A DNA stretch of 28,686 bases from Eubacteriales bacterium (GTDB lineage Bacteria > Bacillota > Clostridia > Oscillospirales > CAG-272), in the NCBI GenBank assembly GCA_045655785.1, contig JAZOPW010000225.1:1-28686 (forward strand), given 5' to 3'. Below, piece after piece: positions 9,264 through 17,059 of the stretch; position 1 is the first letter of the stretch, and every line of letters begins with the position of its first letter. A program made the translations under genes and the position numbers. The notes beneath the pieces are model-generated. The model was not told where the DNA came from and did no database searches. It saw only the letters and a program-made list of their open reading frames with translations.

Positions 9264-9989
9264 TTATGTTAAAAATTCCTTATTATCAAAATAAAATTCT
9301 TTCATATCATCAAGCCGCAGAAACATAGGTGTAGCTCCTCCGGATGCACCTACATCTATATCAATCCAAGTATCCGTATGAAATGCTTTGCCTTGAGCGC
9401 CATAGAAATATGTAGGGGTGTGTCCGAAAACCGTTAATATGTTATCAAAATATCGATCCTCTTTTTGGGGACGATTCCAAAGGAGGTCATTTTCCGAATA
9501 ATCAGACAGTTTTTTATTTTTATCGAAATTACGAAATCCTGAATGGCAAAGAAGAAAAGATTTTCCGTTTATTTCAACACTTTCACATAGGGGCGTATCA
9601 CGTAAATACGCTACCATGTCCTCAACTATTTCGGGTGATGTATGCAGTAAGCGTTTTACTTCGCCAAGTGTGGGAATTGCTCCGTTAGCTAACCAACAAT
9701 TTAGATTATCTAAATCTTTTGCGGATACATTGGATAGCGAGCGCTCTGTTATTGACTCAAAAACCCAAGTGCAAGAGATCATCATTTGTTCGTGATTTCC
9801 CCTTATCAATTGAACATTCGGTTGCTCAAGAAGCCACAACAATATAGCTATACCGCCATCATTATTTCGATCAATGACATCTCCTAAGATGTATAGCCAA
9901 TCACTTGGAGAAAATCCAATAATTTTCAATAGTTGCTTGAATTTTTTAATCGAAATTCCGTGAAGATCTGTAGTAACGTAAACTGCCAT
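9264..9989 (-). CDS. Calcineurin-like metallophosphoesterase, PPP-family Ser/Thr protein phosphatase-like
   Basis: Motifs DLHG, GDVIDR, RGNHE, HSG, FGHTP and IDVG in canonical order; RBS AAGGAG. Confidence 0.9.
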   Translation of the reverse strand: MAVYVTTDLHGISIKKFKQLLKIIGFSPSDWLYILGDVIDRNNDGGIAILLWLLEQPNVQLIRGNHEQMMISCTWVFESITERSLSNVSAKDLDNLNCWLANGAIPTLGEVKRLLHTSPEIVEDMVAYLRDTPLCESVEINGKSFLLCHSGFRNFDKNKKLSDYSENDLLWNRPQKEDRYFDNILTVFGHTPTYFYGAQGKAFHTDTWIDIDVGASGGATPMFLRLDDMKEFYFDNKEFLT

Positions 9990-10150
9990 CTTTCTCCTTA
10001 TTATTTCGTATATGCATCATAGTTGTAACTGTACCTAAACTCAGATGATTAGTAGTCTTAAATATTTCGTTGTGTGTCACTAGCCTAGCAGTACTTCAAT
10101 ACAAGTTAGCTCTGCGTTAGTATTCGTGTTATGTGATGGCACCGTTAACA

Positions 10151-11347
10151 TCAAGAAAGATTCCAATCAAGACGTAGTTTAAAACCATAGTCTTCATCAT
10201 TTGCGCACATTGCTACTCTGTTTGCTTCTACAGCTGGGGCAAAATCTCTATTTTGTCCACTCATACCACGTTTTTTGAACTCTCGAATATGATTTTCGGC
10301 AGTGTTGAGCATAAATTCATACGTATCATATGTTTCTTGATATGATTTCAACGACAACATATCACATTGGACTTTTAAGCAATGGAGATAATGTTTAAAG
10401 GAGTTCGTTTCGTTATAGTTCGTACTTGAAGGAACTGCGCCTTTGAATAACATTTCAGAGTATGGATTTTGAAATTCCCCTTGCGGTAGAAAAGCGTCAA
10501 GATATCCTCGTTGCATAGCAACATCGAGCAATGTAGCTTTATATTCACTAAATGCCGTAGGGAGATAATACCACGTGCTCTTGTGCTTGATATCGTCATC
10601 TTTGGGCGATTTGAATTTTGCAGGAACAAAAGATCGTGTATTCATATATGTGCCAGATGCAATGCCGTCTACATTGGCTAATGAATAAAGCAAACCTTGA
10701 TGATTGGAGTATCCCACAATCACTTGCTTTTTTGCAAGTTTTAAGCATGTGAACAATTTCAAAGCGCCTATCACCCAACTGGGATCAGAAACAATATACT
10801 CGTTATTGGAAGGATGAGGAATAATATAATACCCATCTACGGGAATTATCTTGAGTTGTTCCACTAAGCCCTCAATTGCAATGGGATTTCTAATGGTTTC
10901 TGGATATAAGCATAGTGTTGCAAGAAGCGGTTTGTCTGTTTTTTGAGAAAGATATGCTGCCGATTGATTCATGCAATTGAGTCCATAATTAAATTGATTC
11001 TCTTGCATTTCTATACCGGGAAGAATTATGTGCGAGCTGTTAATTTCATTGTTAATTCTTAACAATTCTCGGTTAATTGTTTCATATCCGTTTTGAGAGG
11101 TTATAGATACACCGCTTGATGGCCAGTAGTCATATGCTTGCAATTTTATGTGACCCTCTTTAGGATAGAACATTTGAGGATCAAAGAGAACCCGTCCTCC
11201 ACATGCATGGATTTTGTTCGCAAAACTAACAAGTTTATCTTGTTGAAGATTTACGGGGCTGATAATTACACTCCCTTTTCCCCAAGATTTTATTAATTCC
11301 TGGGATAACGCTTGCATTCCATGACCTAGTTGTAAATACAATTCCAT
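10151..11347 (-). CDS. Uncharacterised 398-aa protein, predicted (beta/alpha)8 TIM barrel
   Basis: Eight alternating short hydrophobic strands (LYLQLG, SVIISP, VLFDPQ, HIILPG, LLATLCL, GYYII, VIVGY, DGIASG) separated by helical segments. Starts 3 nt after the kinase stop, with RBS GGAGG. The fold is inferred by eye. Confidence 0.8.
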   Translation of the reverse strand: MELYLQLGHGMQALSQELIKSWGKGSVIISPVNLQQDKLVSFANKIHACGGRVLFDPQMFYPKEGHIKLQAYDYWPSSGVSITSQNGYETINRELLRINNEINSSHIILPGIEMQENQFNYGLNCMNQSAAYLSQKTDKPLLATLCLYPETIRNPIAIEGLVEQLKIIPVDGYYIIPHPSNNEYIVSDPSWVIGALKLFTCLKLAKKQVIVGYSNHQGLLYSLANVDGIASGTYMNTRSFVPAKFKSPKDDDIKHKSTWYYLPTAFSEYKATLLDVAMQRGYLDAFLPQGEFQNPYSEMLFKGAVPSSTNYNETNSFKHYLHCLKVQCDMLSLKSYQETYDTYEFMLNTAENHIREFKKRGMSGQNRDFAPAVEANRVAMCANDEDYGFKLRLDWNLS

Positions 11348-11350
11348 TAG

Positions 11351-12196
11351 TTAATCCTCCAGTTCAAGGGTGGCTCGGATAGCCGATAAATAGCGCAATG
11401 CATCTGCGGCAGTATCGGGGCGTTGAGATTGATTTTTTGCCATAAGCATATTAACAAATTGAGCAAACATTCCCTTAGTATCTCCCTGTAAAACCAATGA
11501 TGTTGGTATTAGTGACATAGTTCGTGTCATAATCTGATAAATCGTTTCATTAGGTTTTACAAATGGATTTTTCCCGGCACAACATTCGTATGTTGTAACC
11601 CCTATTTGAAACAAATCTGTACGAACATCTTGCGAGAGTTTGATGTTTGCGAATTGTTCATGAGGAGCATATCCAGGAGTAAACGGACCGTGTAACGCCC
11701 CTGTTTGCGTTATAGAGGTTCCACCAATTTTTTTGGCAAGGCCAAAATCAATAAGGTAAACCATTCCATTTGCTCCCAAAATAATGTTGTTAGGATTGAT
11801 ATCGCGGTGTAAAATATTGTTTTTTTCGAGTTCGATTTCAATACACAGCAAGGTTTCAAGAATTTTGAAAGCAAAAGACAAATCAGCTTTGTTTCCTTTG
11901 TTTAACCAATCTCGTAACGATGTGCCGGAGATATATTCCTCTACGATATAAAGGGCATCTTCGTTAACCGTTTCATCCGTTACAATACCGCTGTCAATGA
12001 TTTTGGGAACATTATTCAGATTCAATTGTCTAAGAATTGCAATCTCTTGCAAAACTCTAGGATCCGTAGCGTTTCCAATTATTTTCAAAGCTACTGTTTG
12101 TCCACTGGAATCTATAGCTGAATAAACAATTTTTTGCCCACCTTTTTTTATTTTGTTGATAGAAGTATAGTTCGCTTTTAACTCTGATATGTTCAT
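11351..12196 (-). CDS. Hanks-type Ser/Thr protein kinase, cytoplasmic, kinase domain only (~281 aa)
   Basis: GGQKIVY loop, VALK, HRDINPNN, DFGLAK, GYAPHEQ, DLFQIG and RP motifs. Likely start is ATG 12196 (RBS GAGGAG, ATGA overlap with the upstream stop), not 12235. No TM or PASTA domain. Confidence 0.93.
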   Translation of the reverse strand: MNISELKANYTSINKIKKGGQKIVYSAIDSSGQTVALKIIGNATDPRVLQEIAILRQLNLNNVPKIIDSGIVTDETVNEDALYIVEEYISGTSLRDWLNKGNKADLSFAFKILETLLCIEIELEKNNILHRDINPNNIILGANGMVYLIDFGLAKKIGGTSITQTGALHGPFTPGYAPHEQFANIKLSQDVRTDLFQIGVTTYECCAGKNPFVKPNETIYQIMTRTMSLIPTSLVLQGDTKGMFAQFVNMLMAKNQSQRPDTAADALRYLSAIRATLELED

Positions 12197-12966
12197 ATAT
12201 CCGTCTCCTCTGTATGTATCCATCGTAAAATCCACTCATTAAACTGAATGGAAGCGTATGAAACAGGAATACATCTTTTTGTGCTAGCAAGAGTTGTCTT
12301 AATTTTTCCATTCACTAGAATAATGCCCAATCCATCACTACTACATGTATCGATAATGGTTGATGAGCACGAATCTTTATTTAATAAAATATATGATTCT
12401 GTAGAAAACCAAATATTATTGTTTGCTTGTCGTATGGCTTCATTCCATTTGTCTATTTTTGCTTCGATCGCAATAATTTTATTTATTCTACAATACCTTC
12501 TAAAGTCAACATTGCTTGCATTATTTTTATCATCAGACAAATAAATCAATCCGCAATTAAATAATCTTAAAAGTGATTTTCGCACAACATCAGTTGGAAA
12601 ACCTAGTATATCGCTGATTTGTTTTGTCGAAGATTTTTTTTGTTTCTGTATGTAAAATAATATTTTAAAATCTGTAGTAGTTAAACTATTCCTTGTTTTA
12701 TCCCATGACAAATTTGGAACGGAATAAAATTCTACAATCACGATATCTGGATACCCGGTATCAATTTGAGGTTCGATAAATATAGCAGCTTTCTTAGATT
12801 TACATTTCGAATATTTTTTTATCAAAAACTCTATATATTTATTTACCATGTCAAACTCTTTACCGAGAGTACTTGTTCTTGATATATATCCAATTTGTGG
12901 AATAGAACTGTTAAATAAGATAATGTTTTGAGGAATTTGAATATTTCTTTCAAGTTGTTTTTTCAT
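12193..12966 (-). CDS. PD-(D/E)xK nuclease-fold protein with an inserted winged HTH
   Basis: FIEPQIDTGYPDIVIV (E...PD) and IIAIEAKIDKWNEAIRQA (ExK...Q) flank a wHTH-like segment, SSTKQISDILGFPTDVVRKSLLRLFNCGLIYL. ATGA overlaps at both ends. Confidence 0.75.
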   Translation of the reverse strand: MKKQLERNIQIPQNIILFNSSIPQIGYISRTSTLGKEFDMVNKYIEFLIKKYSKCKSKKAAIFIEPQIDTGYPDIVIVEFYSVPNLSWDKTRNSLTTTDFKILFYIQKQKKSSTKQISDILGFPTDVVRKSLLRLFNCGLIYLSDDKNNASNVDFRRYCRINKIIAIEAKIDKWNEAIRQANNNIWFSTESYILLNKDSCSSTIIDTCSSDGLGIILVNGKIKTTLASTKRCIPVSYASIQFNEWILRWIHTEETDI

Positions 12967-13172
12967 ACTGTATCACCTGAAGTTAATTCAAATGCTCTCA
13001 TAAATTTGGCATTGACAGCATCCGCAATTATTTCCAATTCCTCAATAGTAAAACTTTCTCTTTTTAATTTAGCGTTAAATGCTTGCGGTGAAGTTCCAAT
13101 TCTCCTGGCTAGCTCCGCTACGCTTATATTAGACCGAACACATAATACTTTTATTTGCTCAGAAATAGTCAT
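12963..13172 (-). CDS. Small XRE/Cro-type HTH protein (69 aa), first gene of the kinase operon
   Basis: SNISVAELARRIGTSPQAFNAKLKRESFTIEELEIIADAV; its stop overlaps the nuclease ATG. Confidence 0.85.
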   Translation of the reverse strand: MTISEQIKVLCVRSNISVAELARRIGTSPQAFNAKLKRESFTIEELEIIADAVNAKFMRAFELTSGDTV

Positions 13173-13201
13173 AAAACATTACCATCCAAACATAAAAATT
13201 C

Positions 13202-13254
13202 TAATTTATATTATAAATTAAAAAGTTTATTTTGTCAATGTTTTTTTGACAAAA
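13202..13254 (-). promoter_or_regulatory. Consensus sigmaA promoter of the HTH-nuclease-kinase operon with candidate operators
   Basis: TTGACA (13233-13238), 17 bp, TATAAT (13210-13215) on the minus strand. Perfect palindrome TAATTTATA-T-TATAAATTA (13202-13220) covers the -10. Inverted repeat TTTTGTCAA/TTGACAAAA (13230-13254) covers the -35. Confidence 0.8.
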
Positions 13255-13332
13255 ACTCACACTAAAAAATTGCAGATAATCAAAAAACATTTATACACCA
13301 TACCTATGAAATCACAATCATAGGAGGTACAC

Positions 13333-13619
13333 ATGTTCCCATCCAAACGCTATGTAACGGCGGCGAGTCGAAAGATTCCGCTTGCCGTTCTATTATTTTT
13401 ATGACATTGCATTGCCGCACTACCTTTTCCGCCAGACTATTTATTGGCATTTGAACTATCCACCAAGAGTGGTCGGCTGAGAATCGTACACACACAGGAA
13501 TGTCTGGACTACCGCAAGGAATATCTGTTACTGTTGGACATAAAATCACAGTGAAACTTTATGTAATCAACGATGAAATACACGCAAACATGCTCTTATG
13601 TGAGGAGCTTCACATTTAA
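13333..13619 (+). pseudogene. Degenerate DUF960-family paralogue
   Basis: RBS GGAGG, then MFPSKRYVTAASRKIPLAVLLFL*HCIAALPFPPDYL...IVHTQEC..YRKEY...VKLYVINDEIHANMLL.EE. It aligns by eye with the next gene. A TGA at 13402 sits where the intact copy has Trp, and there is a frameshift near 13550. Confidence 0.8.
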
Positions 13620-13709
13620 AGAACGGCGCATTAGTCCCTATCTTTCATAATGTTTTTCGGCTTTTTTAAATTATATATTATCCCTCCGAAACAGAAAGGA
13701 GGAGTTTTT

Positions 13710-13997
13710 ATGTTTCCAAACCAAAGATACGTAACCGCGAATGTGATGCGAGCGGTTCCTCTCGATTTGCAAATATTCCTATGGCAATGTGCGGATAGCA
13801 TTTCGGTTGAGGCGGATTATCTGCAGATTTTCCAACTGTCAAAAGCAGATGGACTGCAAAAAATCGTGCATAAGCAAGAATGTCCACCGTACAAAAAAGA
13901 ATATCAGTTAGCACCGATCTTTCCGCTCGTCGAGGCGAAGATCTATGTTATCAATGATGAAACACACTCAACCATGCTATTTAGTGATGAGTATTAA
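13710..13997 (+). CDS. DUF960-family protein (95 aa)
   Basis: MFPNQRYVT...PLDLQIFLW...DYLQIFQL...IVHKQE.P.Y...KIYVINDETHSTMLFSDEY. Start reassigned to ATG 13710 after RBS AGGAGG. Confidence 0.8.
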   Translation: MFPNQRYVTANVMRAVPLDLQIFLWQCADSISVEADYLQIFQLSKADGLQKIVHKQECPPYKKEYQLAPIFPLVEAKIYVINDETHSTMLFSDEY

Positions 13998-14001
13998 CAG
14001 C

Positions 14002-14046
14002 AACGCCGCCATGTTTCCAATCTGCGAAGCATGGCGGCGTTCTTTG
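14002..14046 (+). terminator. Hairpin/terminator after DUF960
   Basis: AACGCCGCCATG ... CATGGCGGCGTT followed by CTTT. Confidence 0.6.
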
Positions 14047-14143
14047 GAAAAACGGATTGAAAATTTCAAGGAAATCTACGAATGGCAATTTCAATGAAAA
14101 AAGTTTAAAATATAATTATATTCAAAAGAAGGAGGATAATTTT

Positions 14144-14386
14144 ATGGATGCACAAGATTTTGCAGATATTTACTTTGAGATTGCAAATGCGGTCGGAGCA
14201 GAAAATGCGGTAAAGATACATGGTCTTTTCAAGGGGCAACAGATCCAATTTCCACAAAAGCTGTATAAGAAAGAATACATTTATTCCTATATCAAGAAGA
14301 ATTATAACGGTCAGAACATCCGTGAATTATCTCAAAAATTCGGATATTCCGATCGGCGTATCAGGCAGATTATCAATTCAGGATGA
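14144..14386 (+). CDS. Mor transcription activator family protein (80 aa)
   Basis: IANAVGAENAVKIHGLFKGQQIQFPQK...YNGQNIRELSQKFGYSDRRIRQII matches the Mor/C pattern; start ATG 14144 after RBS AAGGAGG. Confidence 0.8.
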   Translation: MDAQDFADIYFEIANAVGAENAVKIHGLFKGQQIQFPQKLYKKEYIYSYIKKNYNGQNIRELSQKFGYSDRRIRQIINSG

Positions 14387-14453
14387 AGTATTGGCTTTAT
14401 GCTAGTGCCTTTGATTATTATAAAAAATCAATTCTTACTGATAGGAGAAATAT

Positions 14454-14642
14454 ATGAGCAACAAGAAAGGTGAAAACAAATATTACGTAAGCTATACTCA
14501 TGCCAGAAAAGAATATCCCAATTCGGGTACAATTTCTAATAAAACGATTAAAGCCTGTAGCGAAAGCGCGGCTCTTACAATCTTAAAAACATTTATCAAG
14601 GCTGGTGAAATACTTAAAAACGTAAAAATCAAAAAACTATAA
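14454..14642 (+). CDS. Small basic hypothetical protein (62 aa)
   Basis: RBS AGGAG at normal spacing; co-oriented with its neighbours. Confidence 0.5.
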   Translation: MSNKKGENKYYVSYTHARKEYPNSGTISNKTIKACSESAALTILKTFIKAGEILKNVKIKKL

Positions 14643-14686
14643 GAAATTATATGTTTAATTCATCAATTGGAAGGAGGCGACTTTAT

Positions 14687-14791
14687 ATGAAAAAGCGTTA
14701 TGAAAATCCCCAAGTTTGTGTTTTGGAGCTTTCTAACGAGGATGTTCTCACCACATCGGGTGGGGATGAAAATCAAGGCGAGTGGACTTGA
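14687..14791 (+). CDS. Unannotated 34-aa peptide MKKRYENPQVCVLELSNEDVLTTSGGDENQGEWT
   Basis: Strong RBS AAGGAGG upstream of ATG 14687; TGA at 14789-14791; YxxP leader-like motif. Too short for the ORF track. Confidence 0.75.
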   Translation: MKKRYENPQVCVLELSNEDVLTTSGGDENQGEWT

Positions 14792-14805
14792 CTGCTCAAA
14801 AAACA

Positions 14806-14848
14806 AACAGTCGGTGTATTATGATTCTCTCAAAATACACCGACTGTT
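14806..14848 (+). other. 15-bp perfect inverted repeat between the peptide gene and the LRR gene
   Basis: AACAGTCGGTGTATT (14806-14820) and AATACACCGACTGTT (14834-14848); no U-tract follows. Confidence 0.85.
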
Positions 14849-14876
14849 CCCAACATTAAAAAGGAGATTAAGGAAA

Positions 14877-16994
14877 ATGAAAAACAAAAAATTTTTATAT
14901 TTATTAACTCTGTTGATTTTAGTCCCCCTGATTGGAACTATAACAATTTTTGCAACAGGTACTTCAACTGAACCAACTTTGAGTATTGACAAATTCAATT
15001 TGTCCTTTTCGGATTCTATCTACATCAAATATGCGGTCAAGATTGACGGTGTTGACGCAACATTGTTGGGAGATGATTTTCGAATGCTTTTTTGGACGGT
15101 ACCGCAAAGTATTTATGAAAAAGGAACTGAAGCGAGCAGTATCGTTTCTACCGATACACAAACGATCAACGGACAGAAATATTATATTTTCGATTATAAA
15201 AAACTTGCCGCTAAACAAATGACCGACGCAATCTATGCAAGAGCCTATCTGCTTGTTGACGGAAAGGCATATTACAGCGAGGTGGAAAAATACAGTATCC
15301 TTGACTATGTATATACGAAGCTTGGAAAGACCGGAACTGCAACGAACGATGAAAATTTGAAAGTGTTACTTGCCGAGATGCTTTCCTACGGTGCATCAGC
15401 GCAAACATATTTTAATTACAAAATCGACAGACTTGCTACCGCTGATTATTATCAGATTACAGTAGGCGGCGAGGGATATATATCCTCCGACCTCTGTCAA
15501 CATGGGTTGTATTTAAAGGGGGAAACGGTTGAGATTACTGCCCCCGAAAGAAACAGTGATGGTGTTATATTTGCATATTGGATGGATATTAACGGAAATA
15601 AAATTTCGACCACTCGAACTTATCGTGCAACTGTCGAAGCTGAGAACAAGACTTTTATACCCAAATTTACGCATACCGACTTTGAATCCCTGAGATTAAT
15701 CCAAACAGAATTTGAAAAATTGCCAAGCAGCTTTGTTCAGTCAGACATTCATTCTTATAAACAAGCAGTTGCCTTACTTAATTCCGTATTGGAACAAATT
15801 GATGAATATGAATCCTCTTATGAGTGTCCTGATTTGAATAATTGCTCTCAATGTAATTTCGGTCATGATATTGATCTTTGGGCTTTGAGAACAGATGCAT
15901 TATCTACTATCGGATCTGCTTATGCTTCGCATTATAACGAACTATTAGCGAATGGGGGCGATATTAATGAATCCCATGCGCAGTCTGTTCTGTCATTATA
16001 TAAAGAATATTCAGCATTATTAGCAACTTGCACCGTTAATGATGTAGAAAATATCAAGACACAGGCAATGGATGAACTTGAAAAATATCCTGTATGTAGT
16101 ATTACAGCAAAAGGAACATGCGGTGAAAATCTTAGTTGGGAATATTACGGAAGTACAAAAACACTCATTATTACCGGCACGGGCGATATGACATCTAACC
16201 CTTGGTCTCCTTCTTACCGTGAAGAAATTTCAACTGTTATTCTGAGGGATGGCGTAACATCTATTACAGATAGTGCTTTTAAGTATTGCGCTAAGTTAAG
16301 TAGCATTTCTATTCCAAATACTGTTACAAAAATAGGAGACTATGCATTTTACGAGTGTTATGCATTATCCACCATCAATATACCGAATCAATTAGTAAGT
16401 ATTGGTTCTCACTTGTTTTATAATTGTACTAGCCTAGAAACAATAATAATTCCTCAAAACATCACCAGTATTGGTTGGCGAGCCTTTTTCAATTGTAAAA
16501 AGTTAACCCACGTCATAATTCCTGATTCAGTAACTAGCATAGGCAAGGAAGCATTTAATAACTGCGATAGCCTTGTTAGTGTTGTAATCGGCAATGGATT
16601 AACATGTATTGATGAATATTTATTTAACAGTTGTGACAACCTAGAAAAAATTACAATTGGAAGTAACATAAAAACTATTAAAACATACGCCTTTGCAAAT
16701 TGTAAAAAAATAAGCAGCATAGTTATACCAGCCAATGTAACCGGCGTTGACGGATATGCATTTAGATATTGCGAAAATCTTTCAAGTATAACTATTTTAG
16801 GTGATATATCGGCGATTTCTGCATTATATGATTGTGATAATCTTGTTGTATATTACGCTGGAACGGAATGTGAGGAAGAGAATCTAAGAACCGGCGGAAA
16901 CACCTTCGCTCCAATTTACTGTTATGCTGAAACGAAACCAATAGGAAAAGGACGATACTGGCATTATGTAAATGATATCCCTACAATTTGGTAA
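14877..16994 (+). CDS. Secreted surface protein with C-terminal BspA-type leucine-rich repeats (LRR_5), 705 aa
   Basis: Start ATG 14877 (RBS AAGGAG); signal peptide MKNKKFLYLLTLLILVPLIGTITIFA; one InlB-B-like module; repeats of the form SIGxxAFxNCxxLxSIxIPxxVT. Confidence 0.9.
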   Translation: MKNKKFLYLLTLLILVPLIGTITIFATGTSTEPTLSIDKFNLSFSDSIYIKYAVKIDGVDATLLGDDFRMLFWTVPQSIYEKGTEASSIVSTDTQTINGQKYYIFDYKKLAAKQMTDAIYARAYLLVDGKAYYSEVEKYSILDYVYTKLGKTGTATNDENLKVLLAEMLSYGASAQTYFNYKIDRLATADYYQITVGGEGYISSDLCQHGLYLKGETVEITAPERNSDGVIFAYWMDINGNKISTTRTYRATVEAENKTFIPKFTHTDFESLRLIQTEFEKLPSSFVQSDIHSYKQAVALLNSVLEQIDEYESSYECPDLNNCSQCNFGHDIDLWALRTDALSTIGSAYASHYNELLANGGDINESHAQSVLSLYKEYSALLATCTVNDVENIKTQAMDELEKYPVCSITAKGTCGENLSWEYYGSTKTLIITGTGDMTSNPWSPSYREEISTVILRDGVTSITDSAFKYCAKLSSISIPNTVTKIGDYAFYECYALSTINIPNQLVSIGSHLFYNCTSLETIIIPQNITSIGWRAFFNCKKLTHVIIPDSVTSIGKEAFNNCDSLVSVVIGNGLTCIDEYLFNSCDNLEKITIGSNIKTIKTYAFANCKKISSIVIPANVTGVDGYAFRYCENLSSITILGDISAISALYDCDNLVVYYAGTECEEENLRTGGNTFAPIYCYAETKPIGKGRYWHYVNDIPTIW

Positions 16995-17059
16995 TATACA
17001 TACACTAACCAAAAGGGGAATGGTGTTCAAATTATTATTTTTAAATGATAATCGCAAAC

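Noticed and set aside
9098-9328. 76-aa plus-strand ORF across the att site
   Set aside because: It spans the terminator, the att core and the phosphatase 3' end and has no RBS, so it is probably spurious.
9264-13172. Assignment to BREX (PglW), the TerY-phosphorylation triad, Stk2 or a restriction-modification system
   Set aside because: There is no PglX/PglZ/BrxC, no vWA/TerY or PP2C, and no methyltransferase motifs. The kinase is a short single domain without the extra domains those systems carry.
14687-14791. Bona fide lasso peptide gene cluster
   Set aside because: There is no cyclase, B1/B2 protein or transporter in the window, and only 2 residues follow the candidate acceptor Glu, too few to thread.
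14700-14876. N-terminal 59 aa of the 764-aa ORF call
   Set aside because: The RBS and signal peptide point to ATG 14877. The upstream stretch encodes the 34-aa peptide in another frame, plus a hairpin.
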